Shown: one piece after another, positions 35,598 through 45,442 of the stretch
Numbering within the stretch: the first letter of the stretch is position 1
Layout: each line of letters opens with the position of its first letter
Assembly: GCF_004210735.1 (NCBI RefSeq)
Contig: NZ_SDZL01000002.1
Coordinates: 16,443-80,442, forward strand
Origin: Brevundimonas sp.
GTDB taxonomy: Bacteria; Pseudomonadota; Alphaproteobacteria; Caulobacterales; Caulobacteraceae
Direction: 5' to 3'
Length of the DNA stretch: 64,000 nt
The notes under the pieces: model-generated
Database searches by the model: none
Told to the model about the DNA's origin: nothing
The model's input: the letters and a program-made list of their open reading frames with translations, nothing else
Position numbers and translations under genes: made by a program

Positions 35598-37262
35598 ATG
35601 ATCCGCCTTCGTTCCGTCGCCTGCGTTTCCGCCGCCCTGCTGCTGACCTCGGTCGCCGCTCCGGCCCTGGCGCAGAACCTGATCATCACGGGCGGGACCA
35701 TCCACACCGGCGTCGACGGCGCAGCCCCGGCCGAGGTCGTGATCGTGCGCGACGGGCGCATCGCCTGGGTCGGCGCCGCCGCGAACGCACCCTCATCCCT
35801 AGGACTGCTCGTGGACCTGAAGGGCGCAACCCTGTTCCCCGGATTCACCGACGGCCACGCGCACCTGGACGGCATCGGCTGGCGCGAGATGACGCTGAAC
35901 CTCGAAGGCGCCGCCTCGATCGTTGAGGCCATGGCGCGACTGACCGCTTGGGCCGAGGCGCACCCTGAAGGCGTCATCGTCGGCCGCGGCTGGATCGAGA
36001 CCCACTGGCCCGAAGGTCGCTTCCTGACCCGTGACGACATCGACGCCGCCGCCCCGGGCCGTGTCGTCCTGCTCAGCCGCGCGGACGGCCATGCCCTGGC
36101 CGCCTCGTCCGCCGCGCTGGATGCGGTCGGAATCACCGGCGCCACCGTGGCGCCCGCCGGCGGCGATATCCTGAAGGACGCGAACGGCCGCCCCACCGGC
36201 CTGCTGGTCGACGCCGCCCAGGATCTGGTCGATCCCCTGATGCCCCAGGAGGACGAGGCCGCGACCCGCGCCGCCTATCAGGCGGGCTTCGGCGTCTATG
36301 CCCGTTACGGCTGGACCGGCCTGCATTTCATGAGCGCGCCGTGGAAGGACGTGCCGCTGCTGGAGGCGATGGCCGAGGCGGGCGAGGCGCCCTTGCGCGT
36401 TTATAACGGCATTTCGCCCGACGGGGCCCGCGCCCTGTTCGCGTCCGGCCCGCGCAGCGTCGCCGACGGCCGCGTCATCACCCGGGCGGTGAAACTCTAT
36501 GCCGACGGCGCCCTGGGCTCGCGCGGCGCGGCGCTGTTCGAGCCCTATGCCGACCGGGCCGACACGACCGGCCTGATGCAGACGACCGAGGCGGACATCC
36601 TGCCCCTGTATGAAGGCGCGCTGCGCAGCGGCATCCAGATCGCCACCCACGCCATCGGCGATCGTGGCAACCACTCGGTCGCCGCCTGGTACGAACAGGC
36701 GATGCGCGACGTGCCCCGCAGCGAGTGGAAACTGGCCGACCCGCGCTGGCGCATCGAGCACGCCCAGATCCTGCGGCCCGCCGACTATCACTACTTCAAC
36801 GACCTGCCGATCATCGCCTCGATGCAGCCCAGCCACGCCATCGGCGACCTGCATTTCGCCGCCGCCCGCCTGGGCGACGCGCGGCTGGACGGCGCCTATG
36901 CCTGGAAGACTCTGGTGGATCGCGACGTCATCGTGGTCGGCGGCTCGGACGCCCCGGTCGAGCGGGGCGACCCGCTGATCGAGTTCTACGCCGCCGTCGC
37001 CCGCCGCGACCTGAACGGTTTCCAGGGCCCCGACTGGCGCCCGCAGGAGGCCGTTTCGCGCGAGACGGCGTTGAAGATGTTCACCCTGTGGCCCGCCTAC
37101 GCTTCGTTCCGCGAGGCCGAGCTGGGCACCATCGAGGTGGGCAAGCGCGCCGACTTCACCGCCTTCGACATCGATCTGATGACCGTCCCCGCCGCCGACA
37201 TTCCCAAGGGGCAGGCGGTGCTGACCGTGGTGGACGGCGAGGTGGTCTGGCGCCGCCCGTAA
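35598..37262 (+). CDS. amidohydrolase family protein (YtcJ-like metal-dependent hydrolase), secreted
   Basis: 554 aa; signal peptide; PGFTDGHAHLDG, THAIGDRG and GSDAPVE motifs. Confidence 0.85.
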   Translation: MIRLRSVACVSAALLLTSVAAPALAQNLIITGGTIHTGVDGAAPAEVVIVRDGRIAWVGAAANAPSSLGLLVDLKGATLFPGFTDGHAHLDGIGWREMTLNLEGAASIVEAMARLTAWAEAHPEGVIVGRGWIETHWPEGRFLTRDDIDAAAPGRVVLLSRADGHALAASSAALDAVGITGATVAPAGGDILKDANGRPTGLLVDAAQDLVDPLMPQEDEAATRAAYQAGFGVYARYGWTGLHFMSAPWKDVPLLEAMAEAGEAPLRVYNGISPDGARALFASGPRSVADGRVITRAVKLYADGALGSRGAALFEPYADRADTTGLMQTTEADILPLYEGALRSGIQIATHAIGDRGNHSVAAWYEQAMRDVPRSEWKLADPRWRIEHAQILRPADYHYFNDLPIIASMQPSHAIGDLHFAAARLGDARLDGAYAWKTLVDRDVIVVGGSDAPVERGDPLIEFYAAVARRDLNGFQGPDWRPQEAVSRETALKMFTLWPAYASFREAELGTIEVGKRADFTAFDIDLMTVPAADIPKGQAVLTVVDGEVVWRRP

Positions 37263-37337
37263 GGCGAGCGATCTGGTCAACGTCTCCCGCCTGGCCTAGA
37301 AGCCCCGCAGAACTTCGTTCGGGGGGACGAAAGCCAT

Positions 37338-38480
37338 ATGCTGGCGCGGACGAAGACCATCCTGTTTCTGGGCGCCGACGCTGCCTATCTGCACGCGTTT
37401 CGCGGGGCGCTGATGCAGGATTTCCGCGCGCGAGGCTGGCGCGTGCTGGCCGTCGCCGCGCCGCTGGGCGGGTTCGATCCGGCCCGCTTCACCGACATGG
37501 AGGTCGAGTTTCACCCCTGGCCGCTGGGCAAGGCGACGCTGGACCCCTTGGCCGATATCGGCCCGGTATGGTCGCTGTGGAGACTGCTGCGACGCGAACG
37601 TCCCGACGTCCTGTTCGCTCACACGATCAAGGCGGTGATCTATGGTCTGATCCTGGCCCGGCTGGCGGGGGTCAGGCGGCGCACCGCCATGATTCCTGGC
37701 CTGGGCTACGCCTTCGCCGAGGGCGGCGGGATCAAGCAGAAGATCATCGGCCTGATAGGGCGGCTGGGCTATCGCGCGGCCCTGTCCGGCGCCCAGATGG
37801 TGGTGTTTCAGAACCCCGACGACCGCGACCTGCTGCGGGCGACCGGCGCCATGGCGGCCTCGACACCGACCGGCCTGGTCAACGGCTCGGGCGTGGACAT
37901 GAGCCAGTATGCGCCCGGCCCCTGGCCCGACGGGCCGCCGCGCTTCGTCATGGTCGCCCGCCTGTTGCGCGACAAGGGCGTGCATGAGTTCGTCGAGGCC
38001 GCCCGCCGCGTCCGCGCCCACATCCCCGACGCCCGTTTCGTGCTGGTCGGTGGGACCGACGCCAACCCCGCCGCCGTGCCCCAGAGCCAGATCGACGCCT
38101 GGGTGGCCGAGGGCCTGATCGAGGCGCGCGGCCGCGTGCCCGACCCCCGCGCCGAATACGCCGCCGCCCATGTCGCCGTCCTGCCCTCCTATTACCGCGA
38201 GGGCTGTCCCCGCGTGAATCTGGAGGCGATGGCCATGGCCCGCCCCCTGATCACCACCGACTGGGTCGGTTGCCGCGAGACCGTCGTCGATGGGGTCAAC
38301 GGCCTGATGATCCCCGTCCGCGACGCCCCCGCCCTGGCCGACGCCATGCTGACCCTGGCCCGCGACCTACCCCGCGCCCGCGCCATGGGCCAGGCCGGCC
38401 TGCAACTATGCCGCCAGCGGTTCGAGCTGGGCGCCGTCACCCGCGCGACGGTGGATTTGATCGAGGGCAAGACGGTATGA
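37338..38480 (+). CDS. glycosyltransferase family 4 (group 1)
   Basis: 380 aa; GT-B C-terminal signature (LPSYYREGCPRVNLEAMAMARPLITTD). Confidence 0.85.
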   Translation: MLARTKTILFLGADAAYLHAFRGALMQDFRARGWRVLAVAAPLGGFDPARFTDMEVEFHPWPLGKATLDPLADIGPVWSLWRLLRRERPDVLFAHTIKAVIYGLILARLAGVRRRTAMIPGLGYAFAEGGGIKQKIIGLIGRLGYRAALSGAQMVVFQNPDDRDLLRATGAMAASTPTGLVNGSGVDMSQYAPGPWPDGPPRFVMVARLLRDKGVHEFVEAARRVRAHIPDARFVLVGGTDANPAAVPQSQIDAWVAEGLIEARGRVPDPRAEYAAAHVAVLPSYYREGCPRVNLEAMAMARPLITTDWVGCRETVVDGVNGLMIPVRDAPALADAMLTLARDLPRARAMGQAGLQLCRQRFELGAVTRATVDLIEGKTV

Positions 38481-39850
38481 GCGACGCCGCCTCCGGCCGA
38501 CTGTCGCGCCTGACCGCCCTGATCGCCGGCAACGGCCTGCGCGCGCGGTTGCTGCGCGGTGGTATGGGCAGCCTGATGGTTCGCGTGACCTCAATGGGAC
38601 TGACGCTGCTGCTGGCCATGGTGCTGGCTCGCGCGCTGGGGGCCGAGGGCTACGGAACCTATGCCTATGTCTTCGCCCTGGTGTCATTGCTGGCGACGCC
38701 CGCCCAGCTGGGCCTGCCGACGCTGGTGGTTCGGGAAACGGCGAAGGCTGAGGCTGTCGGCGACCTGGGGTTGATCCGGGGCGTGTGGCGCTGGTCGGGT
38801 CGGCTGGCGGCGGGGCTGTCGCTGAGCCTCGCGCTCACGGGCGGCTTGGCGGCGCTGGTCTTCGTCGGGCGGATACCGGCGAACGATATGGCGACCTGGG
38901 CCTGGGGTCTGGTGCTGGTGCCGGTGATCGCAGCCGCCAATCTGAAGGGCGCGGCCCTCCAGGGTCTGGGCCGGGTTGTGCTGGGCCAACTGCAAGAGTT
39001 CATCCTGCGGCCCGGCCTGCACATCGCCTTGGTGCTGGCCGCCCTGCTGCTGGCCGGATCGCTGTCACCCGCGCGAGCCATGAGCCTGCACGTCGCCGCC
39101 GCCCTGGTCGGCCTGATTGTCACCCTGTGGCTGCTGCGCCGAGCGCGGCCGCAGGGTCTGTCCGCTTCGCCCATAGACACCACGCAGAAGCCCCGATGGC
39201 TCGCCACCACCCTGCCGCTGGCGGCGCTGGCTGGCATGCAGACGATCAACCTTCATCTGGGCGTGCTGATGATGGGGCCCCTGGCGACGGTCGAGGATGT
39301 CGGCGTCTATCGCATCGTCATGCAGGGCGGGACGCTGCTGGCGTTCGGCGGTCACGCCATCGCCCTAGCCGTCGCGCCGACTCTGGCCCGGCTGCATGCG
39401 CTGGGTGAGACGCGTCGCCTGCAAAAGGTCGCCGCCCTGTGCTCGGCCGCCGTGACCATCCTTACTGTGCCCATCGCCATCGTCTTCGTAGTGTGGGGCG
39501 ATCGCGTGCTGGGCCTGGCCTTCGGATCTGAGTTCGCCCGGGGCCATACAGCGCTGGCGATCGTCGCCGTGGGCCGCGTCGTCCATGCCGCTTTCGGCAG
39601 CGTCTCGACCTTGCTGACCATGACCGGCCATGAGCGCGAGGCCAGCCGCGGCCTGGCCATCTCGGTCGTCGCCAACGCCGTGCTGAACCTGGCCCTGATC
39701 CCGAGCTATGGCCTGGCCGGAGCCGCGGTCGCCTCGGTGCTGACGCTGATGATCTGGAACCTGCTGCTGTGGCGTGACGCCCGGCGACTGGTCGGCGTCG
39801 ATTCCAGCCTGTTCGGCCTCATCGCCCTCCGCACCAGGAATCAGACATGA
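38477..39850 (+). CDS. oligosaccharide/polysaccharide flippase (Wzx-like, MOP superfamily)
   Basis: About 457 aa polytopic protein; ATGA overlap with the GT4 stop; lies in the long track ORF 38270..39850. Confidence 0.75.
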   Translation: MSDAASGRLSRLTALIAGNGLRARLLRGGMGSLMVRVTSMGLTLLLAMVLARALGAEGYGTYAYVFALVSLLATPAQLGLPTLVVRETAKAEAVGDLGLIRGVWRWSGRLAAGLSLSLALTGGLAALVFVGRIPANDMATWAWGLVLVPVIAAANLKGAALQGLGRVVLGQLQEFILRPGLHIALVLAALLLAGSLSPARAMSLHVAAALVGLIVTLWLLRRARPQGLSASPIDTTQKPRWLATTLPLAALAGMQTINLHLGVLMMGPLATVEDVGVYRIVMQGGTLLAFGGHAIALAVAPTLARLHALGETRRLQKVAALCSAAVTILTVPIAIVFVVWGDRVLGLAFGSEFARGHTALAIVAVGRVVHAAFGSVSTLLTMTGHEREASRGLAISVVANAVLNLALIPSYGLAGAAVASVLTLMIWNLLLWRDARRLVGVDSSLFGLIALRTRNQT

Positions 39851-40911
39851 TCATCTATTGGGCCATGTTTGCGGTCGCCGGACTGGCGGCGCTGGCCGAT
39901 TTTCGCCCCGACGTGGCGCGGCGCGCCGGCGGTGAGGCGGGGTGGCTGCTGACCTGGGTCGCGCTGACCCTTATCATCGGCTTCCGCTTCGAGGTGGGGC
40001 CCGACTGGGTCTCGTATCTGCGCATCCACAACTATGCGGCGCGCATCGATCTGGTTGACGCCATTGGGTACAGCGACCCCGGCTACAGCGTCGTCAACTG
40101 GATCTCCGCCCGGCTGGGCTGGGGCATCTATGGGGTGAACCTGTTCTGCGGCGCGGTGTTCTCCGCCGGGCTGATCGCCTTCTGCCGGACCCTGCCGCGC
40201 CCGGCCCTGGCGCTGGCCGTCGCCGTGCCGTCGCTCGTGATCGTGGCGGCCATGGGCTATTCGCGCCAGGGCACCGCCATCGGCCTGGCGTTGTTCGCCC
40301 TGATCGCCCTGTCGCGAAAGCGGCCGCTGCGGTTCGTGATGTGGATCCTGTTTGCGTCGCTGTTCCACCGATCGGCGGTGATCCTGCTGCCGCTGGTGGC
40401 CATGGTCACGGGGCGCGGCCGTATCTGGAGCATCGCCGGCATCGTCATCATGCTGGGCCTGCTCTATACGACCTGGATCGCGGATCGGGCGGACCTGTAC
40501 GTCCAGCGCTATGTCGTGGCCCGCAACTATTCGTCGGAAGGCGCCCTGATCCGGGTGGTGATGAACGCCGCGCCGGCCATCCTCTTCCTGCTGCTACGCC
40601 GCCGCTTTGCGCTGGAGCCGCAAGTGGAGCGGTTGTGGACCTGGATGAGCCTGCTATCGCTGGTGACACTGGTGGCGCTGTGGGTGTCGCCCTCGACCAC
40701 CATCGTCGACCGGGTGGCCCTGTATCTGGTGCCGATCCAGTTGTTCGTCTTCGCGTCCCTGCCCGGCGTGATCCGCAGCGAGCGCACGGCCGCCCTGCCG
40801 ATCATCGCGGCCATCATCGGCGGCTACGGATTGGTGCTGGGCGTCTGGCTGACGATGGCCGAGAACGCCATCGCGTGGCTACCCTACCGGTTCGCCCCGT
40901 TCATCGGCTGA
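39847..40911 (+). CDS. EpsG family protein (Wzy-type polysaccharide polymerase-like)
   Basis: 354 aa with about 10 TM segments; ATGA overlap with the flippase stop. Confidence 0.6.
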   Translation: MIIYWAMFAVAGLAALADFRPDVARRAGGEAGWLLTWVALTLIIGFRFEVGPDWVSYLRIHNYAARIDLVDAIGYSDPGYSVVNWISARLGWGIYGVNLFCGAVFSAGLIAFCRTLPRPALALAVAVPSLVIVAAMGYSRQGTAIGLALFALIALSRKRPLRFVMWILFASLFHRSAVILLPLVAMVTGRGRIWSIAGIVIMLGLLYTTWIADRADLYVQRYVVARNYSSEGALIRVVMNAAPAILFLLLRRRFALEPQVERLWTWMSLLSLVTLVALWVSPSTTIVDRVALYLVPIQLFVFASLPGVIRSERTAALPIIAAIIGGYGLVLGVWLTMAENAIAWLPYRFAPFIG

Positions 40912-42309
40912 CGCCGACCGAACGGCCGCTTCGGACAGCCCGATGACGGCTCGCAGCTTGCCGCTGGGACCGCGTGGCAGACGCCGGGCATAGGGAACGA
41001 AGCGCACCTCCATCCGACCTAACCGCGCTTCGATCTCCTGCCGCAGACGATCCAGGTGTTCGGGACGGAACTGGGTTGGATCGGGCACATAGCGGACCTC
41101 GACCGCATCGGCGCTGATCTGCGCGATTTGCCCTTCGACGATGCTGGAGGGCAGCGCCTTGAACACCGGCGTCAGCCGCCCGACCGGGCCGCGCTCGGGC
41201 GAAACGATATAGTCCTCGCGCCGGCCCGTGATCGACAGTAGCCGGCGGAAACCCGGCCGCTGCGTGGTGCGCCCGGCCATCACACCCGTGTCGCCGATGC
41301 GATAACGGATCAGCGGATAGGCGTGGGTCGAAAAGCCGGTGACCAGCAGTTCGCCGTCGTCGCCCGGCGCCACGGGTTCGTCCGTGCCGGGGCGCACCAC
41401 CTCGATGATTCCCGTCGTCGGGAACAGCGCCAGTTCCCCCCCCTCGTCCTCGCAGGCGAAAGGCGCGCCCTCGGATGAGGCGTACTGGTTGCTGACCGGG
41501 CAACCAAAAGCCTCGGCGATCACCTCGCGCTGATGGTCTTCCAGCGTCTCGGCGGTCGGCATGACCAGCAGGGGCCGGATACGGCGCTCGTCATTGCGCA
41601 GCATGCGTCGCGCAATCAGGGCGATGGATGAAGGATAGCCGTCGATCCGCGCCGGCTGGAACCGCGCCAACGCCTCGATATAACGATCCAGGTTCGCCTC
41701 GTGCAGGTGATACGAGGACATCAGCATCTGCGACGCCGCGTAATTGTGGCGCCAGAAGACGCCGTTGCGCTCCGCCTCCGGAAAGATCGTGTGGCCACTG
41801 AAACGGACGTTGCGGTCGAAGGGGCCGACGCCGAACCAGCCATAGGCGCGTTCCAGAACGGCGGTGCGGCGGCGCATGTCTTCCAGCGTGACGCCCACGG
41901 CCAGCGGCGATCCCGTCGTGCCGCTGGTGTGCATGGGCACCAGATAGCCGGGCGCGGCCGAGGACCGGTAGTCCCCGGTATGACCCCGCAGGGCCGCCTT
42001 CTCCAGCACCGGCAAGCGGCGCAGATCATCAAGGCTGTTCAGGCTGTCGGCGCTGACCCTGGCCGCGGCGAAAGCGCGCCCGTGCGCCAGGCTGGTGCGC
42101 GCGGCATGTTCAACGAAGGCCCGCAGCAGGCGCAGTTGCAAGGCATCCGCCTCATCCGCGTCCAACCGTTCGGCGGCCGCCAGCTCCGCATCCCGCGCAC
42201 TATTGCCAAACCCACGCCGCTCCATCCGGAACTGCAGGCCTTTCGCCGTCAACAGTCCGTTCTGAAGCGGGATGGGCAGGCGGCGATAGACGGCGTCAAC
42301 GGCGGACAT
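40879..42309 (-). CDS. phenylacetate-CoA ligase family / CapK (F390 synthetase-like) adenylate-forming enzyme
   Basis: 476 aa; AMP-binding motif MHTSGTTGSPLAV; overall CapK-like layout; sits in the polysaccharide cluster. Confidence 0.75.
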   Translation of the reverse strand: MSAVDAVYRRLPIPLQNGLLTAKGLQFRMERRGFGNSARDAELAAAERLDADEADALQLRLLRAFVEHAARTSLAHGRAFAAARVSADSLNSLDDLRRLPVLEKAALRGHTGDYRSSAAPGYLVPMHTSGTTGSPLAVGVTLEDMRRRTAVLERAYGWFGVGPFDRNVRFSGHTIFPEAERNGVFWRHNYAASQMLMSSYHLHEANLDRYIEALARFQPARIDGYPSSIALIARRMLRNDERRIRPLLVMPTAETLEDHQREVIAEAFGCPVSNQYASSEGAPFACEDEGGELALFPTTGIIEVVRPGTDEPVAPGDDGELLVTGFSTHAYPLIRYRIGDTGVMAGRTTQRPGFRRLLSITGRREDYIVSPERGPVGRLTPVFKALPSSIVEGQIAQISADAVEVRYVPDPTQFRPEHLDRLRQEIEARLGRMEVRFVPYARRLPRGPSGKLRAVIGLSEAAVRSASADERGEPVG

Positions 42310-42321
42310 GGCGGCTTTCGA

Positions 42322-43626
42322 CTATCGCGCGCCGGAACCGGCGACCAGCGTCCAGGCTGTGCGCAGGATGATCTGCAGGTCCAGCATCAGGGACAGGTTC
42401 TTCACATAGTACAGGTCATAGCTCAGCTTGACCCGGGTTTCCTCCAGGTCGCCGGCGTAGCCGGAGCGGACCTGGGCCCAGCCGCTGATGCCGGGGCGGA
42501 CCATGTTGCGATAGGCGTAGGTCGGCATCTGGCGGACATAGGCCTCGTTCAGGGGCGTCCATTCCGGGCGCGGGCCGATCAGGCTCATGTCGCCCTTCAG
42601 CACGTTCCAGAGCTGTGGCAGCTCATCCAGGCGGTAGCGGCGCAGCGCGCGGCCCAGCGGCGTGACCCGGTCGTCGCCGGCGCTGGTCGTGCGCACCTCG
42701 TCGCCCGCGGGGCGCATGGAGCGGAATTTGTACATCCGGAACGGGCGGCCGCCGCGCCCGACGCGCTCCTGAACGAACAGCACCGGCCCGCCCATGTTGA
42801 CGCGAACGGCCAGGGCCGTCGCCAGCACGATGGGCACGACCACCGGGGCGAAGAAGACCACCAGAGCGATGTCCATGATCCGCTTGCCGGTCTCGTACGA
42901 GGCGACGGTGCGGTCACCCAGATGCTCGACATGGAAATGCTCGACCGAGGTGCGGCCGCGCGCCTCCTCGATATATTCGGCGACGTGGCGGACCTGGGCG
43001 CCGGACAGCATGGCGCGCGACATGGCGGCCGACCATTCCGCGTCCAGCGGCGCATGCATCGGCAGCAGCACCAGATCATAGGCGCTCAGATCCTGATGCG
43101 GCGAGGTCACGACATCGCCCAGGGCCGCGACCGAGACGCCGCCGACCACGCCGCCCGAACCTGACCGGTCGACCGCCGCCACCGCGACCCGCAACCCCTT
43201 GGCCTGATGGCGCAGGGCCACGGCGATCAGGCCCAGCGTCAGTGAGGCGGCGAAGGCCACCGCCATGATCGAGCGCGAGAAGAAGACCCGCGACCCCAGG
43301 ATGAACAGGGCCAGCGCCCCATGGAAGAAGAAGGCGGCGTTCCAGCTGCGCGCCAGCTTCAGCCGCACCTGGCCATGGGCGCGCCATGCGGCGGCCAGGA
43401 CCGCCAGATTGCACAGCCAGTTCAGCGCCAGATGCAGGGTGCGTTCGGCGTCCAGCGGCTCGCCATCGCGCGTCAGCAGCAGGACATAGGTCACGGGCAG
43501 CAAGCCCAGCAGCAGACCCAGCACCAGCCCGTGCCACGCCGGCGCCTCGACCCGGACCCGGCCCATCGCAGGGGAAGCCGCGCGGTTCAGCGCGAGCCCC
43601 AGCGTGGCATCGTTGCTTGTATCCAT
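42322..43626 (-). CDS. exopolysaccharide biosynthesis polyprenyl glycosylphosphotransferase (priming sugar transferase)
   Basis: 434 aa; N-terminal TM segments; C-terminal bacterial sugar transferase domain (RPFRMYKFRSM, PGISGWAQV). Confidence 0.88.
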   Translation of the reverse strand: MDTSNDATLGLALNRAASPAMGRVRVEAPAWHGLVLGLLLGLLPVTYVLLLTRDGEPLDAERTLHLALNWLCNLAVLAAAWRAHGQVRLKLARSWNAAFFFHGALALFILGSRVFFSRSIMAVAFAASLTLGLIAVALRHQAKGLRVAVAAVDRSGSGGVVGGVSVAALGDVVTSPHQDLSAYDLVLLPMHAPLDAEWSAAMSRAMLSGAQVRHVAEYIEEARGRTSVEHFHVEHLGDRTVASYETGKRIMDIALVVFFAPVVVPIVLATALAVRVNMGGPVLFVQERVGRGGRPFRMYKFRSMRPAGDEVRTTSAGDDRVTPLGRALRRYRLDELPQLWNVLKGDMSLIGPRPEWTPLNEAYVRQMPTYAYRNMVRPGISGWAQVRSGYAGDLEETRVKLSYDLYYVKNLSLMLDLQIILRTAWTLVAGSGAR

Positions 43627-43750
43627 GAAGTCCCCCGCGGGCTCCTTGCATCAAGCTTAACGACTTATCAACGCCATAAATAACGCTGGCATCCAAACCG
43701 GACCTTAACCTTGGGCGTTTAGGGAACGATGTTGCACCAAGGGCTCACTC

Positions 43751-44044
43751 ATGCGTCACGCGGCTTCGAAACCTTCGACCACCCCTGACACGACGTCCCC
43801 CGAGACGGCGACGGGGGCCGTTCGCCCGGCGCCGCGCCCGGCCGAAACCGGCGATGCGCCCCATGCCTCCCCCGCCCGACAGCGCGAAAGCCTGGCCCGG
43901 CGGCTGATGGTCGAGAATGAGGTTCAGCGGCCATCGTCGATGAAGATCGCCACCCGCATCCTGATCCTGCTCGGCGCAATCGCCGCCTGTGCGGTCTTCT
44001 GGGGATCAGCCGCAGGGATCGTCGGCGAATTGTTCGCGCGCTGA
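43751..44044 (+). CDS. hypothetical tail-anchored small protein (start uncertain)
   Basis: 97 aa ORF with high third-position GC; disordered Pro/Thr-rich N-terminus; C-terminal TM (IATRILILLGAIAACAVFWGSAAGIV). Confidence 0.4.
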   Translation: MRHAASKPSTTPDTTSPETATGAVRPAPRPAETGDAPHASPARQRESLARRLMVENEVQRPSSMKIATRILILLGAIAACAVFWGSAAGIVGELFAR

Positions 44045-44090
44045 GCTCGCTTGGATTTTACGGGAAATCCGCCTAGATAGTCGGCGCGCC

Positions 44091-44164
44091 GCGGGCATGA
44101 TGTAGTGGTAGCCTGGCAGCTTCCCAAGCTGCTCGTGCGGGTTCGATTCCCGCTGCCCGCTCCA
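44091..44164 (+). tRNA. tRNA-Gly (anticodon CCC)
   Basis: GCGGGCATGATGTAGTGGTAGCCTGGCAGCTTCCCAAGCTGCTCGTGCGGGTTCGATTCCCGCTGCCCGCTCCA; cloverleaf with anticodon loop TTCCCAA. Confidence 0.95.
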
Positions 44165-44227
44165 CCCTTTTCGACAGGGTGAACGGACGACGGGGAAGCG
44201 GCGGCGCCCCTCCCCCGATATTCATCC

Positions 44228-45187
44228 CTACAACCGTTCGGCCAGGACGCCCTGGCGCGCCAGCGCGGCCTGCACGCTGTCCTCGCCCACCAGGTGACCG
44301 GCGCCCACGGCGATGAAGGCCGTGCCCGAACCGTCCAGCATGGTTTTGATCTGGCGGGCCCAGTCGGCGTTGCGGCGAACCAGCAGAGCGTCATAGACCG
44401 GCCCCCAGGTCTTCATCTCATCGACGATCTCCCGCTTCAGCACGGCGTCGTCGCCGTTGGCCCAGGCGTTGACGATCGCGTCCAGCTTGGCGGGGCCTTC
44501 GTCGAAATCGGTCAGGGTCTGGCGCAGGAAATCGGCCTGCACCGCATCCGGCAATCCGGCCAGGAAGCCCAGCTGCTGCTCGACCGTCTCCAGCCCCATC
44601 ACCGGCTTGCCCGCCTCGACCGCTGCGGCCTTGAGCAGGGGGTCGACGCCGGAGGTCGGGCTGTAGCCGGCCTGCATGATGCCGGCCACGGTGACTTGCA
44701 GCGCCGCCATCCACGGCCGCAGGGGCTCGAACGCCGCTCCGGTGGCGCCCAGGCTGCGGGCGACAGCGTCCAGACGCGTCATGTCCTGGGCCGTCATCAG
44801 GGTGGACAGACCGCGCCCAGCCTCGGCCATTCCGTATTTCATCATCAGCGGCTGGACCGTCGCCGCCGAGGCTGCATCGACCTCCTTGATCTCCAGATAC
44901 AGGGTGTCGCTGGCGCGCAGGGCCTGTTCGATCCGCGGCGTCCGCCATTGAGTCTCGGGCCGCATCATGTGGACGGTGCCGAACAGGTACAGGGTCGAGT
45001 CGGCGTCGCGCACGACCCACAGCGCCGGCCCTGCCTCGGCCTGTGGCGATGCGGCTGCGGCGGACTGAGCATGGGCGGCCGGGGCCGCGACCACGGCGTA
45101 AAGCGCCAGTCCGGCGGCGATGCCGGCCCCCAGCTTGCCGATGACACTGACCGCGCGCGCGGGATTCAAGACGAGTTTCATCATCAA
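44228..45187 (-). CDS. TraB/GumN family protein, secreted
   Basis: 319 aa; signal peptide; LWVVRDADSTLYLFGTVH and AFIAVGAGHLVGEDS motifs. Confidence 0.85.
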   Translation of the reverse strand: MMMKLVLNPARAVSVIGKLGAGIAAGLALYAVVAAPAAHAQSAAAASPQAEAGPALWVVRDADSTLYLFGTVHMMRPETQWRTPRIEQALRASDTLYLEIKEVDAASAATVQPLMMKYGMAEAGRGLSTLMTAQDMTRLDAVARSLGATGAAFEPLRPWMAALQVTVAGIMQAGYSPTSGVDPLLKAAAVEAGKPVMGLETVEQQLGFLAGLPDAVQADFLRQTLTDFDEGPAKLDAIVNAWANGDDAVLKREIVDEMKTWGPVYDALLVRRNADWARQIKTMLDGSGTAFIAVGAGHLVGEDSVQAALARQGVLAERL

Positions 45188-45240
45188 GTCCTTTCGACTC
45201 GTGGAGAAGGTTACAGACTAAAAGGCGGAGGGGAGGCTGG

Positions 45241-45432
45241 TCAGTCTTCGGAGAAGATCGCTTCGATCGGCTTCTCGAACAGCCGCCCGATCTTGAAGGC
45301 CAGCGGTAATGAGGGGTCATAGCGTCCCGTCTCCAGCGCATTGACGGTCTGGCGCGAGACACCCAGCCGTTCGGCCAGATCGGCCTGGCTCCAGCTGCGA
45401 TCGGCACGAAGGCTCTTGAGGTGGTTGTTCAT
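45241..45432 (-). CDS. small XRE-family helix-turn-helix transcriptional regulator
   Basis: 63 aa; WSQADLAERLGVSRQTVNALETGRYDPSLPLAFKI is a typical Cro/C1-type HTH. Confidence 0.85.
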   Translation of the reverse strand: MNNHLKSLRADRSWSQADLAERLGVSRQTVNALETGRYDPSLPLAFKIGRLFEKPIEAIFSED

Positions 45433-45442
45433 CGCCCGCCCC

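Noticed and set aside
31599-44164. Possibility that tRNA-Leu or tRNA-Gly marks a genomic island or integrated element
   Set aside because: No integrase, excisionase, transposase or phage gene is present, and I see no direct repeat of either tRNA 3' end. Flanking genes are ordinary metabolic or envelope genes, and only modest GC dips occur.
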